In this document: positions 49,587 to 62,299 of the stretch, one piece after another
How positions within the stretch are numbered: the stretch's first letter is position 1
Layout: every line of letters starts with the position of its first letter
From: Haliotis rubra
Taxonomy: Eukaryota
NCBI RefSeq assembly: GCF_003918875.1
Contig: NW_025765558.1
Span: 1,240,001-1,304,000, forward strand
Direction of reading: 5' to 3'
DNA length: 64,000 bases
Program-made: the position numbers and the translations under genes
Notes under the pieces: model-generated
What the model saw: only the letters and a program-made list of their open reading frames with translations
The model's database searches: none
What the model was told of the DNA's origin: nothing

Positions 49587-50805
49587 AGATGACACAATGA
49601 CGGCCAAAAGAAGCTGACAGGTAGGTTCGGTGTGCACCGAGTTCCCCTTAGTTCCTTGCCAGATGTGGTTTTGTTTTATCAAACACTCAGGCGTCTCAGA
49701 ATGGATTTCCTGTGATCTTTATCGCAATAACCATCAACAGTCCTGGGCCCATTAGCGGAAACTAAGTGTAAAGAGCGTCCCAACGAGTGTATCTTCATTA
49801 TTCCACACCTGTATCCATGCATTACAGAATCAAGTTAGACGGCATTGAGTTCCTTTGCTAACATCTGTACTGTCAAGGAATGTCGCAACTGTTCACGCGT
49901 TATTTTCATGAACTATCACGCACTTTGCTACTATTTTGTGTGTTTGTTGGAATATAATTTTTACACTGCGCAATCACTCCATGTTGCAGGGCAGCGTGTG
50001 TCAGCCACGCCAGGATCCAAGAATTGGTAAAGTCTTTTATCTTGATTCAGTCTGGGTTTTCTCAAGCATGACATTGTCATGACGTAAATGTAATTAGAAC
50101 CGACAAACAACCACTCTACTGACAACTGAACTTGCACTGGATACAATCAAATGAGGGTGCGAGTTTTAACGGTGATTTAAATTATTGTATTTAAGCGTGG
50201 TAAACTGTGAGAACATCACAAACTGACCCAGGTTTTAGAACTAGCAACGTTGCCGACAAATCAAATTTTGGAATTTGGATTCGAACCCAGGGTTACGAGA
50301 TTTCAGATCAGATTCTCATGTCATGGGCATGTGCGCAGAAACGATGGAAAATATTTGTTTAAAGTTAAGCCTTATACTGTCATGAATTACATCACATTAA
50401 TCCTGCTTTTTTTCTTTAAGTTAATGAATAATTCAAAAGCAACGTTAACATTAACGGAAGCTCGATTGATTGAAATAAGAAAAAATATATTAAGAATCAT
50501 GCTCCTTGAAGTACATTTTTTAACAACATCAAGCGTAACTGATATAGCAGATCACTAGACACATTATCGCAAAGTTCTTTGAGAAAGAAGTCAAAGACCT
50601 ACCATACGTCTGATATGGAAGTACTCTGTAGAAGTTGGTCGGAAATTAGTTAATCGCCATGGCATGCGGAAAGATAGAGTTCTCATGCAAACTTCGATTT
50701 TTTCCCGTTTTGTGCGAATGAAACGGATAATCAGATCCAATAACCATTATTAACCTAGGAGATGAGACAACCTATATGAGCCTGCGATGCTGCTTTCGTT
50801 TGGTA

Positions 50806-50972
50806 GGGGGCGGCGGGGTAGCTCAGTGGTTAAAGCGTTCGCTCGTCACGCCAAAGGCTCGGGTTCGATTCCCTACATGGGTACAATTTGTGAAGCCCAT
50901 TTCTGGTGTCCCCCGCCGTGATATTGCTGGAATATTGCTAAAAACGGCGTAAAATCATACCCAGTCAGTCAG
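50806..50972 (+). mobile_element. SINE family B copy
   Basis: Full consensus. The short direct repeat tggtagg flanks it. Confidence 0.9.
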
Positions 50973-52734
50973 TCGCTTGGTAGGAGTACCTCCCTACGTC
51001 ACGAGAGAGTGAATATTGTTTTACCTAGCGTTTAACAATATTCCAGCCACGTATCGACCAGGGGACATCAGAAATAGGCTCCAGACATTGCACCCATATC
51101 ATATATTCCACGGCGATCATGCCGTGTATTTGTATATGTGTGGTAGGGATATTCCATGCATTGCAGACTTATTCTACATTTTTTCGTGTGACAATTCCGT
51201 TGAAGTGCACGTGTTGATGTGATAGTTGTCCATTCATATTTTTTAACGAAACCCACAAAATATAAAGAAAATGGAGAATCTTGTTACAATAATTAAACCG
51301 TGTACTGACTATCGCACTGTGCCTGTGAAGATCTTACGGTATACGTGAACTTTCTTTTAATGGCTTCTGTGCACATTTCTGTGCACACACCTTCGTTTCA
51401 TTTAATTAATCATATAATCGATGTATTGTCATAACTGTAAAAAAACACGGTGTAGGTGTAAAAGAGGGATTGATTTAACCCCAGTTTCAAATATACCTGG
51501 GTTGGGTAAAGTGTTTTATTGCACATTACTTGTGTTGGTTGTTATAATGTGATACTGTGGTGTCGCTGTGTTGATGTCTCGTGTCAAAGTTTTCTTGCCC
51601 AGTTTGCTTGATGAGAGGCGGATGCTACCGGCTATGTTTAATCTTTTCCCGATTACCTGGTGTGAGCACTGATCTTCAGTGACCCTTTTTCATCTTCTTT
51701 TGCCTGCAGCGACGAATGAAATCTGTTTTTAATGACAGGGCAAGAGTTATTTCCTTCCCTAAATACTAGTAATTAACAAAAATGATGTCCTATTTATAAA
51801 GTGCTTACGTTATTAGAGACTATCATCAATTGCAGTGAGACAAAAACCGGAAGCCTAATGGCGTTGGCACACTGTTCGTGACTCCGTCGGCAAGAGGAAA
51901 TTGAATCCCTCGACTGTGTAAGATGCTGATTCGAAAAACGAGGCTTTATGTTAAATGGAAAAGCTAACTGTAGCGGAAAAAATATTGATGTTTTCTGACT
52001 TTTAATATGATACTTGTGAATTAACGCGAATGGCTTTTAACATGTCCGGTATTGGAAGTCAAGTCAAACATGATTTATGATTTTGAAAGGATTTGATGCC
52101 AATCTGCTGTAACGCCCAACATTTCTGATGGGGCCGACTAATGATCAAAAGCGACGTATAGAACAGCTACTACAATCGCGATTAATAAACGACGGGGTAG
52201 GAAATCCGCTATTATGATATATACAACAATATATCGATCGTGTCTCAATTTGGAGAGAGTGAGTTTAGTTTTACGCCGCACTCAGTAATATTCCAGCTAT
52301 ATGAGGGCGGTCTGTAAATAATCGAGTCTGGACCAGACAATCCAGTGACTGATGAGCATCGATCTACGCAATTGGGATACGATGACATGTGTCAACCAAG
52401 TCAGCGAGCCTGAGCACCCGATCCCTTTAGTCGGCTTTTACGACAAGCCTGGGTTACTGAAGATCAGTTCTTCACGGGTCCTCTACATTTGGGTTTTTTA
52501 GGTACAATTTAGCATACTCTTTGAAGGAGTATTTCAAAGAATGTCAAACGACTCTTGCTGAAAGGTTGTTTGGTCAAGGTTATATTCACTGCCCCAGAAA
52601 CTGTTTCAAAAGGTTTACGGCCGACATGTTCAAACATGGCAAATCAGTGAGAAAAGTGATGAGCGATTCCCAATGTCACGTTTGCCACACGTTCTCGATG
52701 GTTTTTTTAATGTGACTTACCTGTGCAAGTGTTT

Positions 52735-52980
52735 GTGAGTGAGTGAGTTTAGTTTTACGCCGCACTCAGCAATATTCAAGCTATATGGCGGCAATCTGTA
52801 AATAATCGAGCCTGGACCAGACAATCCAGTGATCAACCGCATGAGCATCGATCTACGCAATTGGGATACAATGACATGTGTAAACCAAGTCAGCGAGCCT
52901 GACCACCCGATCCCGTTAGTCGCCTCTTACTTTCAAGCATGGGTTACTGAAGGTTCATTCTAACCCGGATCTTTACGGGT
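52735..52980 (-). mobile_element. SINE family A copy with TSD
   Basis: caagtgtttgtga occurs on both sides (~52726-52738 and ~52982-52994). Confidence 0.9.
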
Positions 52981-52994
52981 ACAAGTGTTTGTGA

Positions 52995-54700
52995 AGGGTG
53001 CAGGACGCGTTTCGGGAACACCTGGTGTTACCTCTCATTTCCGATTGTTCATTAACAATTGCTTATGATGTAGCCAGATCCGAGGAATAGGCTTATGGAA
53101 ATGGTTTTGTTGTTTGTTTACGCATTGAATCCCGATGGCTCACACAGTTCAGTCCTCCTGTGAACTTCTTAGGACCAAGGTTTAAATTTTAACCTTGTTT
53201 AAAGCATATCCTGTGGCAATAAGTTAGAGGTGTAAACGTTTGCTCCCTCCACCAAGTACCCATGCTTATCTACCTGCAATTGGTGAACATTGTACATGGA
53301 ATCAAAATTGACTGAAAATATATCATCCTTATTGGTAGTCTCATGGCAGAATCTTGATACATTGACGAAACATAATCGGAAATGACACGGTAAACTTTAA
53401 TTTTCTTCCCAAAGGAGATTGCTTATACGTTTCAGTAAGATTAATAGGTTTTTAGAAATGGCACTATCATTAGGAAATGTCTGCAGTGGCACAAACCAAG
53501 TCATAGCTTAGTTTCATTGCTGCGTCAATGCAAGGACCCGACTAAACAGCATTACTACCAGCATAAACATGTTTATTAGCAACTGTGTAAAGTCGGTGTC
53601 ATGATGCTATGTGTCAGATGGTGTTATTTGTCTATAAGTGTGAACATGCTCTGGTAGTACATGCTTCAACAACGTTGAATAGTACCTGAATAGTTCTCAA
53701 AAACACACGAGATTTGGCTGATAAGAACAAAAAAACTGGATTTAAGCACGAATACAGCTGTTTGGAAATTGATGATGCACTTTTAATACAAAACGGCTGG
53801 CATTTCTGTGAACAATTTGCATTTGTTATACAATTGAATGTTAGTTATTACAGTTTAAAACATGTCACCTTATTATTGTTCTTATTAAATCATACATTGT
53901 ACAAAACGGGTGATAAACTATATACTCCCAGTATCGAAAAATAGACTGCAATTATATGGTTCGTCGACGACAGTTTTAGTGTTTCATACAGCTTCTATCA
54001 ATGTTTTTGGTGAATTTTGATAAAAATGCTACATCGTATAGCCTTATTCCACCACAAAAACAATTTCTGTTTCTTGTATCAGTGAAGTTATCAGAGGTAT
54101 TTGGGTAAAGAACGATTGGTTATTGAGCATGTACCATTTGTCTGAGACCAGTACGAATACAATTTGCATATTGCTGACACGATTTGTCCGGTAAATATTG
54201 ACAAGTATTGGTGACTTTTAGAGTTCAATCCAGAAATGTAAAGCGACAGAACCATTTCCATAATCAAAAGAAATTTCTACCAAAACCAGAGTCCATGGGA
54301 TAATTCCGAATGTATCAAGATTAAGTGTTTATGAAACTCTGTCAAATAATACTCTATTACAAAACACCTGTTCATTGGTACATTGGTGCATTTCTGAAAA
54401 ATTGAAATGAAGTTAAGTCCAGTGAGTTCCAAGCACTACGAGTGTACCTAAATAATCATATCTGTTGGCTGACCGTTTGACCCTTTGTTATCGCATGGTA
54501 ATTCACGGACATATGTCATTAACGTTATTTATTCTGTCCAGTGAAACTGTAAACGAGTTTGTGTACGTTCGGCCAGTGATAATGACTTCAATCTGAGAAA
54601 TTTGGGATGTTTTCCCAGATGGTGTTGGTCAGTGAGATTTAGATCAACAGCACATGTACGCTGTTTCTGGTGTATGTTGTTGATCGTAGAAATGTATACT
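52995..54700 (-). pseudogene. At least three decayed HN-like fragments (single copy in window)
   Basis: NGTCSITNRSLP (~54105-54140; cf. PIV5 GNCSATNRCP) and NCSQKCQPFCI...CLNPVF (cf. CP.FC...RLNPV). Then a TM-like LINMFMLVVMLF, FVPLQ, NVYTSNLL (~53218-53240; cf. AYTSNLI) and LFLGSG. Confidence 0.6.
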
Positions 54701-54997
54701 TAGTGTTTACAATGTTGAGGAAACGTTATGCTTGTACAATTACACGCGTTACACACACTGTACATGTGTTTACTTCTAGAAATACGATATATGTTGAACA
54801 TGCATCCGCTGTGATATGTTCTGAGTAATGTACGTTCGAAAGTATAATAAGCGTTCATGCATGACATATTTCGTATTTACAATCCTTCGAATTCTAAAAC
54901 TCTAAAATTGATGTACAGTTACACACCGTTGTGTCGAAGTTTGATATGTCGAACTTAACTTGTCCCGAAGTAGAAGTTTGGCCTGTTCTGGATTTCT

Positions 54998-55470
54998 TAT
55001 GAATCCGGGTTAGAATTAATCTTCAGTAAGCCATGCTTGTCGTAGGAGGCGACTAACGGGATCGGGTGGTCAGGCTCGCTGACTTGGTTGACACATGTCA
55101 TAATATCCCAATTGCTTAGATCGATGATCATGAGGTTGATCATTGGATTGTCTGGTCCAGACTCAATTATATACATATCGACGCCATATAGCTGGACAAT
55201 AAACAATTAACCAACCAAATCCTTAATTATATCGTCATTCTTTTGCAGTTGTATCGGACTTCGGATAACTCGAAGTATTTCGAATATAGAAACTCTGACA
55301 TGCATGGGGGGCGGTGGGGTAGCCTAGTGGTTGGAGCGTTCGCTCGTCACGCCGAAGACCCGGGTTCGATCCCTATATGGGTACAATATGTGAAGCCCAT
55401 TTCTGGTGTCCCCCGCCGTGATATTGCTGGAATATTGCTAAAAGCGGCGTAAAACTAAACTCACTCACTC
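54998..55470 (+). mobile_element. SINE family A (54998-55220) and family B (55307-55470) copies
   Basis: Both match the respective consensus. ctctgacatgcatg flanks the family B copy as a TSD. Confidence 0.9.
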
Positions 55471-56311
55471 TGACATGCATGTTTGTTTGTTGATTAATAT
55501 TGCACTCGGAATATTCCATTTGTTTAACGGTGGCAACATCAGTGAATATTAGTATAGTTTTGTCAAACCATATTTGTGTTAGCATAGCATTAATTTTGTC
55601 AAATCACGAACTCCTTTACATAAGTAGATCAAACAGACCGATGGAGATTCGGGTTAGAGTTGGTGTCTCGCGAACAATGCTTGTAAGAGGAGACTAATGG
55701 GATTGGGTGGTCGGACACGCTGAATTGATGCATGCCATTGTGTCCCAATTAAGTAGATCTTCCTGGTATTATCAATCACAGGATTGTCTGGTTCAGACTC
55801 AACTAATTAAAGACCACCGTCACCAAGCAGGAAAATTGCGTTTCATTATCATCTAGAAAGATGAAGTTTCATTTTTATCTAGAAAGATGAAACGTTTCCC
55901 AGCATGTTGTGCAAATAGCGCCATGAACTATGATGTTGTAAGGATATGACTGACTTCTGACTCCGCACAGGGGCATAACAACCCACATGATAATGGACAA
56001 ACCCCTACAACGCTTGACGTTAACGCCCATAAAACGCATACAATTCGTGGAACCTCGATTAGTCAGAAAACATGAACGTCTATTATCTCAGTGCTGGCGT
56101 TCCCTACACAACAGGCGCCTCGGATTCAAATGGCGTACAGTAAGTTGTGTGACGACACGTACGCGTCTCGAGCACCAGCTGTCTGTTGTAACCGGTCTCT
56201 GAGTGGGCTAGTCTGCCCTGGGCCTTCAGAGTGGCGTCGATCATAGACGTTTGTTATGCTGATGACAGACTGAGAAACAAGCCGGGTTTGGGCAATTATA
56301 TTCTGGCACAT

Positions 56312-56552
56312 AAGTGAGTGAGTTACGTTAGTTTTACGCTCCTCTCAGCAATATGCCAGCTATATGGCGGCAGTCTGTAAATAATCGAGTCGGACCAGAC
56401 AATCCTGTGATCAACATCGTGAGCATCGATCTACGCAATTGGGATACGATGACATTTGTCAACCAAGTCAGCGAGCCTGACCACCCGATCCGTTAGTCGC
56501 CTCTTACGACAAGGATAGGTTATTGAAGATCGATTCTAACCTAGATCTTCAT
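56312..56552 (-). mobile_element. SINE family A copy
   Basis: Reverse complement of the family A consensus. Confidence 0.9.
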
Positions 56553-56614
56553 GGTGAACAGGCATATAATGCTCAGCACGTTTCAAACGTCGCACGATCA
56601 ATACTGTTTCTTCC

Positions 56615-57652
56615 TTAAATATCTTGAATCTAGAACAAACATAAGACGGTGTATAAATTTTCGTCCGATGCCTGTTAAATGGTCACGACTGAACATGGCT
56701 GACTGGACGTATCATGGTGTTGTCATGACGACATAACCTCATCCAGAAGTAATTTTGTGTCCAAACAGTCTGAGAAGTTACAATGTTAACTGACAGTCTA
56801 CATATATTTGCGTCTCGCCAGATGATGAAGTTAAGTTGTTAGGTATATGAAGATAATTTGTGGAACCTCTCAAAGCTTCCCGCGTCTGGATCGTACGGAA
56901 CTGAAGAATTATCACATGAACATGAACCTTCCTTTGAGCGCTTGGTTCAAAGAAAGTCTGCTCACAACCGAGCCTGGGTGGCAGTGATTAATCTGGCCCA
57001 TGACATGTGCTTTCCGATTGCTTTGTGACTTTCACAATGTTAAGTTTGGGAGCATGATATCATTGGAAATGTTCTTGCCACATAATTCGCGTACGTTCAT
57101 TGTTAAACACTGATGTTTGTTCCTACAGTTTATCATCCAAACCAAAAAACACCTAATTCTTTTTCACAGTATATTGGCTTGATGTTTGACGCCTCACTCG
57201 GCTATATGAGAACGGCCTGTAAATATATGGGTCTGAATCAGAGGATCCAGTGACTGGCATTGTGATTCATTCATTAGTCCCCAGCCGATGAAAGGCATGT
57301 GAAAGCTACGCCAACCCAACCAGAATGCGCGAATGAATTTAGTACATTGGTCAAAGTATCTTGAATCTAGAACAAACATAAGACGGTGTATACATTTTCG
57401 TCCGATGCCTGTTAAATGGTCACGACTTAACATGGACGTAGCATGGTGTTGTCATGACGACCAAACCTCATTTTGTTCTTCAAACAGTCTGAGTTGTTAC
57501 AATGTTTACTGACAGTCTACATATATTTGCGTCTCGCCAAATAATGATGAAGTTAAGTTGTTAGTTAGATGAAGATAATTTGTGGAATCCCTCAAAACTG
57601 CCCGCGTCTGGATCGTACGGAACTGAAGAATTATCACACGAACATGAACCTT
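56615..57652 (-). pseudogene. Locally duplicated ~310-bp HN-like fragment (56615-56930 and 57353-57652)
   Basis: The direct repeat is visible. Minus strand gives QIIFI...HCN(N/F)SDCL (cf. KIIFL...ICNTTGCP). Confidence 0.45.
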
Positions 57653-58388
57653 CATGACTATTCTGTAATAAAATATATTCCGATTAGCCTTTCCACATGG
57701 TACGGTACAGAAAAATGGATCCGGACGTCAGGCTTTGTGACTTTGTTGATTATGTATTATATTGTAAGGGATCGTTCATAATTTATAGCTGGTCTGTGTG
57801 TGTGGTATGTGTAGTGTGTGTGGTGTGTGTATGTGTGTGTGAGAGAGATATATATGATTTTAAGGGGGGGGCACCCATGTTCTTTTTGGGAGGTAGGGGG
57901 AGGGAGAGTGCATCAGTTTTGTACACATGTATTATGGGGAGAGTCAGCAATTTTGTACATGACACGCAGGGGGTCACTTACTTTGTAAGGAGGGGGGGCA
58001 TTCCCCTCAGCCATAAATTATGAACGGTTCCTAAGCAGAAGCTATATCGTTCTACCCAGAATGAATAGATTGGTGCTAATAATACCAACCACTGGATTAA
58101 ATGGTCCCGACTACATTATTGACAGACGCCTTGTTATAACAAGACTACAGATAAAAGCACTCCTGTACTCACCTTGTATCGTGGAGACTCAAAAACAGCC
58201 AGGAGCGTCCTGTAAATGTACAACTCCCCTTCCCGTCTAAGAGCTCAGGGCCAGGTCTTTCTGAATGTTCATTCGATACAATGGCATGTTTGGATGAAAA
58301 TAGGTCGAGATGTAGTACGTGAGCTAGTGAAGATCCACGTATAAGACGCGTATTCATTTTGTACTGACTTCACACTCAAATTGTGTTC

Positions 58389-58530
58389 GGGGCGGTGGGG
58401 TAGCCTAGTGGTTAAAGCGTTCGCTCGTCACGCCGAAGACCCGGGTTCGATACATGGGTAAAATGTGAAGTCCCGTGCCATGATATTGTTGGAATATTGC
58501 TAACAGCGGCGTAAAACCAAACTCACTCAC
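58389..58530 (+). mobile_element. SINE family B copy
   Basis: Matches consensus with an internal deletion. Confidence 0.85.
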
Positions 58531-59472
58531 CCAAATCGTGTTCAGAAGGACGTCCGATCCATTCATTGGAGGTCCCACATTAAGGTCTACCCAACATAAT
58601 ATCAAATTATAAAGATCAAACCTGACTTGTGCATGATCTTTTGTCTGGTGGGGATATTTCCGGATATACAAAGACACGCATACCCAGGTTACTCTTAGAT
58701 TGAGAAACAAAGATATGATATGCAACTGGTGTGATGTACGATGGTGACAATTAAGATTAGTCACTCGGCAATCTCGTGACATGTCACGATGTATAAGTAA
58801 TTATGATTAATCTTTTCACAACCAGCGTATTTGGTTTCATACATCACATGTGTCAAGATTGTTGCCTTACCAGTAAGACATGTTTCTATTTGTCGACGTT
58901 AAGACTGATTATCTATCATTCATTATTTAATTGATTCGTGATAAAGATCGTTTATGGGGAAGCATGACTGATGCAGTAGTAATGATTATAAACGAGCATA
59001 AAGGAGTATAACTATCACATGGCAGATTTAATCACAATACGCGAACCCCGTGGTTAATCATGGCTATTAGGTTTGTTGTTTAAGACTATGTTCATGATTA
59101 GTGGATCACGACAGCCTGTTGATAAACGAGTCCAGACAAGACAATCCAATAATTAATATCGCCTTCCCGTTTGTTGTCGCTTAGGTGAAGCATTGGTTGC
59201 TGAAAACCTACTGTAACCGGGATCATCAGAGAGGCCCAATTTGCTCGCTTCTTGTACCCTTTTGCTTGTGACATATTCTGCGGTTGGAGAAAAGTGTAAC
59301 TGTAATTTAGATTTAAATGGGAAAATGTCCCTCTTTCTTCATTGGATGTTTACAGTCTGTGATTACTTGTGACGAACTGTATACTTACAAATATCGATTC
59401 ACGTGTCACTTTAATTTATGAAGCAAACGCATAATTTCGAATTCAAATTCGTAAGGGTGCAAACATTCATAC

Positions 59473-59775
59473 ACAGAGAGAGCGAGTGACACAGAGAGAG
59501 AGACAGACACAGAGAGAGACAGAGAGAGTGAGACAGAGAGAGAGAGACAGAGACAGAGGGAGACAGAGAGTGAGACAGAGAGAGAGACAGCGACAGAGAG
59601 ACAGACAGAGAGAGTGAGACAGAGGGAGAGAGAGGCAGAGAGACAGAGACAGACAGAGACCGAGGAAGACAGACAGAGACAGGGAGAGACAGAGACAGGT
59701 GCATACACACAGAGGTGCACAAAAAGGTGCACACACACATACAGACAGAGGTGCACACAGAGGCACACACACGCG
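59473..59775. repeat. Compound (GA)/(GACA)/(CA) microsatellite
   Basis: Directly visible. Explains the overlapping low-complexity ORFs. Confidence 0.95.
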
Positions 59776-59789
59776 CGTACGGGATCAGT

Positions 59790-60060
59790 GTTTCTGAAAC
59801 TAAGACTATCCAATGCATCTGATACTCCTCGCAGCCTTGCTCAGAGTTCACCTTCTTATAACTCATGTGTGCGTTCAACAATGAGTTGTTCGTGTATTCC
59901 CAGCTCAGACAGTCGTGCTGCTGTTGTTGCCTAGAGGAATGATTCTTGAAGTGCCCTGGAAATCCCGTTGTGTAACACATTCTCGAGGGAATTTATGAAG
60001 TTTAATTCAGAAATCCTTTCCTTTGGCCCGGAAATGAAGTAAATGTAAAAACTGGTTGAT
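59790..60060 (-). pseudogene. Decayed HN-like fragment
   Basis: SFPGQRKG, then CYTTGFPG....QQQHDC.SW.YTNNSLLNA (cf. hPIV3 [31 protein letters not shown]). Confidence 0.55.
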
Positions 60061-60169
60061 GCGAAACTTCATTTAATCAGGTATTCCCAACGCGTCAATA
60101 TTCGTTATCAACAGATGAAATGTATCTAAAAAGGAAACCAGAACTTACACATATTCTTGCTCTACCTAT

Positions 60170-60910
60170 AAGGTGAAATTACACCAAAGACTGTTGTGTG
60201 GACATTGTGTTTAAAGTCTGCGCAGTTTGGGTTTGTGTGTGATGCCGGCTGAGTATGTTAAATGTTAACTGACGTCATACTTGTAGGTCATTTAAAGAGA
60301 ATTCTTCTATCCACATAAAACCCGTCCCAAGCAGTTTCTGTTTAGGTATCACTCACCCATCTGAAAGACATGCAAAGGCAATTCATTGCCGCCTACAACA
60401 AACCAAAGATCGACAGAACGGTCACTGAAACATATGAATTTGCATCGGACATCAATTTCATCATCGTTACGGCAAATTTGGTAACGTTCACCTGACATTT
60501 ACTATTAAGCATTTTGAAAGCTTCTCAACTCTTGAACAGGATCTCTTTAAAATCTTCGTAGAAAGAGCATGGTCGAATGGGTTAGCACCAAAGGTAGACA
60601 CCAAACGTGCAAAGAATTGTGCATGTAGGAAACTTGACTATTGAGACAGGGACGTCATCCCTCTTTTCATGCAGTTATCGTTGAAAGTTTTTACCCTAAC
60701 AAATGAAACGTACAGCGTCTCTATGAAAATGCACTTTTCTTCCATTCGTCTTTCAGTATCTACTGAATTAAAACTAATATTTCGTGGAGTTTTTTTCCCA
60801 TATTAATCTGAGCCTCTCAAGTTTCTTATCTCAGTAATATATGAAATCAGCTTGCTCATGTGAAATTGAGGACTGCTTTATTCCTCAAGGTCCAGTTAAC
60901 AATACAAGGT
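60170..60910 (+). pseudogene. Second, distinct decayed M-like gene on the opposite strand
   Basis: GEITPK (cf. GRLVPQ), FGFVCD, RQFIAAY (cf. QRFRVVY), TVTETYEFAS (cf. TVPRRMLEFRS), IVHVGNL at ~60616-60636 (cf. MVHIGNF), FSCSYR.K (cf. YSADYCKMK), SHINLSLSSFL (cf. MDINEDLNRLL). Confidence 0.7.
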
Positions 60911-60999
60911 TTCAATGGCTGAGATCAAGACCGACTCTTGAAATCTCTGCTTTCGGAAAAGTACCAGTCAAGTTGTTTTTCATGAATTATTGCCATGTT

Positions 61000-62060
61000 A
61001 AAAAAACACGTAACCCACGCGCTGACAACCGGGAAGATCTTTTGGTTTCAGATCGTGTAACATCACCTCATGAGTTTACTTCGTGACGTGCTGTATCTTA
61101 TACTAGCAACCTGAGGATTATCTTACGGTAGTTTGAAAATCAGGTACTGGCTGCATATGCTCATCGCCCACTCATATAATGCTACTACTGATGCGTCGTT
61201 TACCAGTTTGGTGATACTTTGGAGCAAGGGCCATACAAGGAAAGGCATCTTCTAAGTCAATGCTAACAAAATCAAGGTAGGTAATACGTGCATGTAATCT
61301 GTCTGATGAGAATCAACAGAACAAGGACTGATACCAGGGAGCTGTCCTGTTGTACAGCCAGTCAAACTTGCGGGTTGAGAAAAGATCAATAAGAATTATT
61401 AGTTCTCCTTCGTATCCCTAGCGCCAAATCCAATTTGTCAACGCCTTTCAACCAACTAATTGGTGGCAAATGTTTATGTATCCTACATATGTTTCCCAGC
61501 ATCTGATACAGCGTCTTTCCAAACAGTTCCATGGATATGTAGGTACATCCTTGTAATAAGAACTGGCATGTTCATGGATATTTGTGATGTAATAACATCA
61601 TTTGGTGTGACCATTAATGTTTGATCTATAAATATGACCCTATTAAAAACAATAACCGGTAGTCTTGCTTAACATTACAATGTGCAATCTAAATAGCGAT
61701 TGTCTGGACACAGACCAGACTATCAGTATCGCTTCTTACTACAGACACAGGTAGCTGGACGCAAGTTCCAACTCAGGTAATTACAGTGATGAAGCATCAG
61801 ATGGCTTACAATGACATTGTAAAGAATGGAATGCGAGTCATAAACTTTCCCTGTTTTACCATTACATCAGTAGTGCATAAAATACGGCCATAAAATAGGC
61901 ACATCTGTGGTTGGGAGACATATCCTGTACCCATTATCTCTGTTAACATTAATTTGGATAAATTAATATCGATCTCCTGGAATATTGCTAGATATTTTGG
62001 GAAAGTTGACCATTGGAATGTTGAATATCACATGTTGAATCAGTGTGAATAAATCTACAT
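61000..62060 (-). pseudogene. Decayed HN-like gene
   Basis: FNIPM (stalk), TCVQLPV, HCNVKQDYRLLFLIG (cf. GCQDIGKSYQVLQIG) and GYEGELI...WLYNRTAPWY at ~61331-61417 (cf. [16 protein letters not shown]). Confidence 0.65.
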
Positions 62061-62119
62061 ATGAAACAGACATGGTGACCTATTCTATTTATGGTTCAGC
62101 ATGTCTCTTCAGCTAAATG

Positions 62120-62285
62120 GGCCATTACGGTAGCCTAGTGGTTAAAGCGTTGGCTCGTCACGCCAAAGACCCGGGTTCGAATCCCCCCATGGGTACAATG
62201 TGTGAAGCCCATTTCTGGTGTCCACCGCCGTGATGTAGCTGGAATTTTGCTAACAGCGGCGTAAAACCAAACTCAGTCAGTCAGT
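62120..62285 (+). mobile_element. SINE family B copy
   Basis: Matches consensus. tattctatttatggttca is duplicated at ~62081 and ~62286. Confidence 0.85.
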
Positions 62286-62299
62286 ATTCTATTTATGGT

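Larger units (their letters stand above)
36420..50120 (+). repeat. Higher-order tandem unit 2 (~13.7 kb); partial third start at 50120-50790
   Basis: Collinear with 22560-36410, e.g. 32261-32516 vs 46520-46795 and 34970-35120 vs 48225-48370. Confidence 0.9.

Noticed and set aside
59406-59934. Four overlapping ORFs of 100-190 aa
   Set aside because: They are produced mostly by the GA/GACA microsatellite.
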